Source: Perkinsus chesapeaki ATCC PRA-425 (lineage: Eukaryota; Protista; Perkinsozoa). From it: DNA of 64,000 nucleotides. The position numbers and the translations under genes are program-made. The stretch is taken from the NCBI GenBank assembly GCA_013115145.1, contig JAAPAO010000028.1, positions 59,580 to 123,579 on the forward strand, in the 5' to 3' direction. The first letter of the stretch is position 1; the number at the start of each line of letters is the position of its first letter. Under the pieces are notes generated by a model. It ran no database searches. It was not told the origin of the DNA and saw only the letters and a program-made list of their open reading frames with translations. Below, in pieces: positions 60,522 to 64,000 of this stretch.

Positions 60522-62711
60522 ATGACGATGATTGAACCAAGAGAGGAAGAAGCTCTGAATGAGCGCCCGCAACTGCAGGAGCAACAAGCAGAAGCAGAAG
60601 CAGTAGTCGATAACATCGAACATGCTGATGCTTCAGATGAGACAGCATCTGAAAACGCTTATGAAGGTCCAGGGGTGGAGATATCTACCTCGGAGAGTAA
60701 GGAAAGGGGGCCGGTGAGCCAGCAGCAGCGGCAGCAGCAGCAGCAGGCAGAACGGCGGTCATCGTCTTCGCGGCCTCCCGACTATGTTGATTACTACCAT
60801 AGATCTAAACTATGTATTTACTTTTTAACAAGACAGGGAGGATGCGCTGCTGGGGAGGAATGCCCCTATGCTCACTGTCCAGAGGAGCTGAAGGATAGGA
60901 AGTCCTATGCCTGCCCGGAGTTCGAGGAGTATGGTCGATGTGAGGGCCTGTCGGATGGTGGCAGTTGCCCATACGGTCACGGGGTGGACGATATACACTT
61001 CGTACCGAGACGGCTGATGGAGGGAGCCTGCAAATATGGGATTCGGTGCCGTGCTGGCGACAACTGCCGGTTCGCACACACTGAGGAGGAAATGAAAAGT
61101 GGTATGCGACGGTATTGTTATAATCTGGACAATACGGTTGATAGAAAGCTGAAGGAGATGTATCCGGGGCAGAAGCCGAGGATTGACCATGGCGATCAGC
61201 GGAACCCTCCGAAGAGATTCGAGATGATGAAGACAACCACCAGCAGCGGTAGCAGCAGTCAGCCGCAGCAGAATAGAGGGGTGACTAAGCCATCGAGAGG
61301 GCAGCATCATAATAATAGTCGGGGAGGAGGAGGGCATAGGCAAAGGAGCTCCAGTATGGCAGCAGCAGCTGTCGGCGGGGAGACAGGCAATAACAGCAGC
61401 AGATACCAGTTCCGTCATGCCTCAAACCACCGCCGCTACCGTCGACAGTCATGGATTGATGAAACAGCAGGTGGTGGATCTTGTTCTGGGATAGAATCAC
61501 CACCGACCGATGCTGCTGCTGCTGCGCTCTCACTTGGGGGTAGTCAAGTCATATATGGAGGAGGTCTGCTGGCAAACCCAAATGAGGCAGCAACCCATCA
61601 TCAACAACAGAAAGGAGTATTGATGATGCCACCGGGCTCCTATCCTAACACTAACAATGCTCTGCCTGGGATGGGTAGTAGCCTCAATACTGCTGCTGGA
61701 CTGCACTCATCGACGTCGAGCATGCCGCTGCCGCCGCCTCAGCAACAACAACATCATCACCAGATGTCTGCTGCTGCTGCTGCTGCTCCAATGCTTTTCA
61801 ATTACCACCAACACCACCCTGAGGGTGCCCATCAGTATTCGGGGTGAGCAATTGTGTATTCTGTGTCCTGTGTATTGGAAGATTGTTTCAGATATTACTA
61901 TAGTCAATTGCCACCGCCCCCTCCTCCTCCACCTACTCACCCAGATAGACACCAGATGCAGGGCGGCGGTGGGCTGCTGAACCCACCAACAGCGGAAGAG
62001 ACAATTGCGATTCATAGGGCCATGGTGACAGCTGCGGCAATTAGAGGGCACCAGATGGCTGCGGTGAGAATGCTTATTATTGTGTGCTGCTCTTCGAATG
62101 ATCTACTTTGACAGGTGGCGGCAGCGGCAGCTGCTGCTGGTGGTGGGTACTGGCAACCTACTACTACGGGGATCAACGGAGCTAGCACCAATCCTAGTAG
62201 TGCATCTCCGTCGTATTACGACGAGTCCCACAATTTCCCCTTATTAACATCGAAGCCGGGGGAAACCGCGCTCACTGGTGCTGCTGCTGTTGTCGCACAA
62301 CCCGGTGGACATTATACTGGCGGTGGTGGGGCCGAGAGCTATTGTACACGATCCTCTAGTGGACGAACAATAGGACCTAATGAGACACCATTCGCTACCG
62401 CTACTGGATTCAGTCCGAGAAGTGAGGGGTATACTCAAACCCAGCACCAGCAGCACCAGCAGCAGCAATACGATGCTTATACGGCAGCGATGGCGGCAGC
62501 GACGGTGCTGCAACATCAGTATAATAATAATACTAGCTATCCTGTTGGAGGCATCCATCATCATCCTCACCACCATAATGTATGTGATAGCATGGGTAGT
62601 GGCCAACAACAGCATCACCAGTCACAGTACCTGAATCAGTCTGAAGGTCCTGGTGGTGGTGGACATGGTAATTTTGGCAATACCCATCCTGGTGTTCTTT
62701 ATGAGGATTAG
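60522..62711 (+). CDS. Triple CCCH zinc-finger protein with long Q/G/H-rich tail, multi-exon
   Basis: CIYFLTRQGGCAAGEECPYAH, CPEFEEYGRCEGLSDGGSCPYGH and CKYGIRCRAGDNCRFAH. Confidence 0.85.
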
Positions 62712-62849
62712 AGTATGTCATCATCATTGAGCATTGTGAAGTAGAAGTCTAAGAGTATGAAGTTTACATATTACTAGTTTCATATTAGTATCATCATTAT
62801 TATTGTTGTTGTTGCTGCTCTTCTTACTGCGGTATATGAGAATCTCAGC

Positions 62850-63510
62850 CTCAAGCCTCTAAGTTCTAAGGCCTCATTCTCTGTTTTATAGTGTGAGTAC
62901 GAGAAGCAGCAGCAGCACCAGAGGAAGCAGCAGCCTTGCTGACAGATAGACAACTTTAAGACAGTTTCGGCTAATAGCCATCGGTAGCACTCCGACCGCC
63001 GCCGGCGGCGGCGGCGCCGCCGCTACGACTGTATTTTTATATTTTTCACCTTTGTTTCACATCACATTCTTTTGGTATGATGACTACTAACAGTAACAGC
63101 AGCAACTGCTGCTGCTGCTATTGTCCCGGTTATACTGGGATTCCACTAATTCGCTAGTGTTTATTATCTATTAGTATCGGTGTCCATTCGACAATCAACA
63201 ACAGCTTCGATAGTAGTAGCTTTTTGTAGATGACTAAAATATGATCATAGTATTTTCTAACCACTCGCTAATAATAGAGTATTTTTTTATATTGTGATGA
63301 TGATTGTGATCGTTGGGATAGAACCTGTGCCATCCGGTCTTTTCGTGGTAGCAATCGTCGCCCTCATTCCGCCAATTCTTTCCACATGACGTGCACCTTT
63401 GCTGACTTGCGTTGCTTAGTATTCTCGGCATCACTGTTGGAAGCGGCCAGCGTCCACTAGTACGACGGGTGTCTCTGCGATCGGCCCACTCATAGCGTTA
63501 CGATAACACA
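62850..63510 (-). CDS. Possible small multi-exon hypothetical protein
   Basis: MSGPIAETPVVLVDAGRFQ can splice to KGARHVERIGGMRATIATTKRPDG. Downstream exons uncertain. Confidence 0.3.
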
Positions 63511-63932
63511 ACCGATGGAGAAAAGACGACAAATTATAAAAGCGAATAGCATCCCACTCAGCTTTGGGATGTGACGTTAAGATAACAATGATAGTTTGAG
63601 CTTTATGAGAAGACTCCAAAATATAGACCCTTATCTTGAGGTCTAAGCCCGAGAAATAAAAAGATTTATGTCTGCTTTAAACATCAGAGGCGGATACCAG
63701 CCGTGATCTGCTCCGTAGGCATTCTATCCAACTGAACTAATCGGGCAGAAACAAGTAATTTACTTGAAGTAAACGAGCTGGAAATTGTTGCTCTCCAGGA
63801 GTCGCCAAGTGAAACTGAGTGAACATTCGGCCTAGTCAGTCTGCGACTCCCGGTGGATGGAATGGCATATGAAGCTGTTCGGGCAGTCATCACAGTCGCC
63901 ACAACACAGCAAGATTAAAAGAACTTCGACAA

Positions 63933-64000
63933 TGCGGCCTGCGAGGATCGAACTCGCGACCTTAGGATTATGAGACCTACGCGCTACCTACTGCGCCAAA
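63933..64000 (-). tRNA. tRNA-Met (CAT), elongator type; first ~5 nt lie beyond the window
   Basis: Minus strand TTTGGCGCAGTAGGTAGCGCGTAGGTCTCATAATCCTAAGGTCGCGAGTTCGATCCTCGCAGGCCGCA has a CTCATAA loop, GTTCGA T-loop and a downstream T-run. Confidence 0.95.

Noticed and set aside
63684-63902. 72-aa ORF downstream of tRNA-Met
   Set aside because: It has a non-ATG start and no recognisable features.

Overview
Gene-dense, intron-rich eukaryotic DNA. Most introns are 44-90 nt GT-AG. Gene content, intron style and a partial match to the Perkinsus spliced leader point to a Perkinsus-like alveolate (inference). Housekeeping blocks occupy ~1-31 kb and ~44-64 kb: CstF-50, a CCCH-like zinc-finger gene, Med31, a USP deubiquitinase, a HAD-like protein, a cyclophilin, UBL5, RPL11, a STE20 kinase, SPF45, Rpn10, a Pumilio protein, a SNF2 helicase, two amino-acid permeases, an SLC19-like carrier, VPS24, Nup62, a CCCH protein and tRNA-Met. 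Between them lies an accessory island (~31-43.6 kb) with lineage-specific secreted ORFs, degenerate ORFs, a MITE-like element and palindrome clusters. The strongest unexplained signal is in the tiny introns of unrelated genes. Several are built from shared micro-elements: a ~23-33 bp core found in both orientations, a second 24-bp element, and tRNA-derived pieces (two T-arm+TTTT introns and one decayed initiator-tRNA intron). Also notable are an oriented upstream motif GCGGAGCGAAGC, a spliced-leader relic upstream of an intronless transporter, and a small secreted 8-Cys peptide. Exon boundaries were inferred by eye and protein calls rest on recalled motifs; no searches were run.
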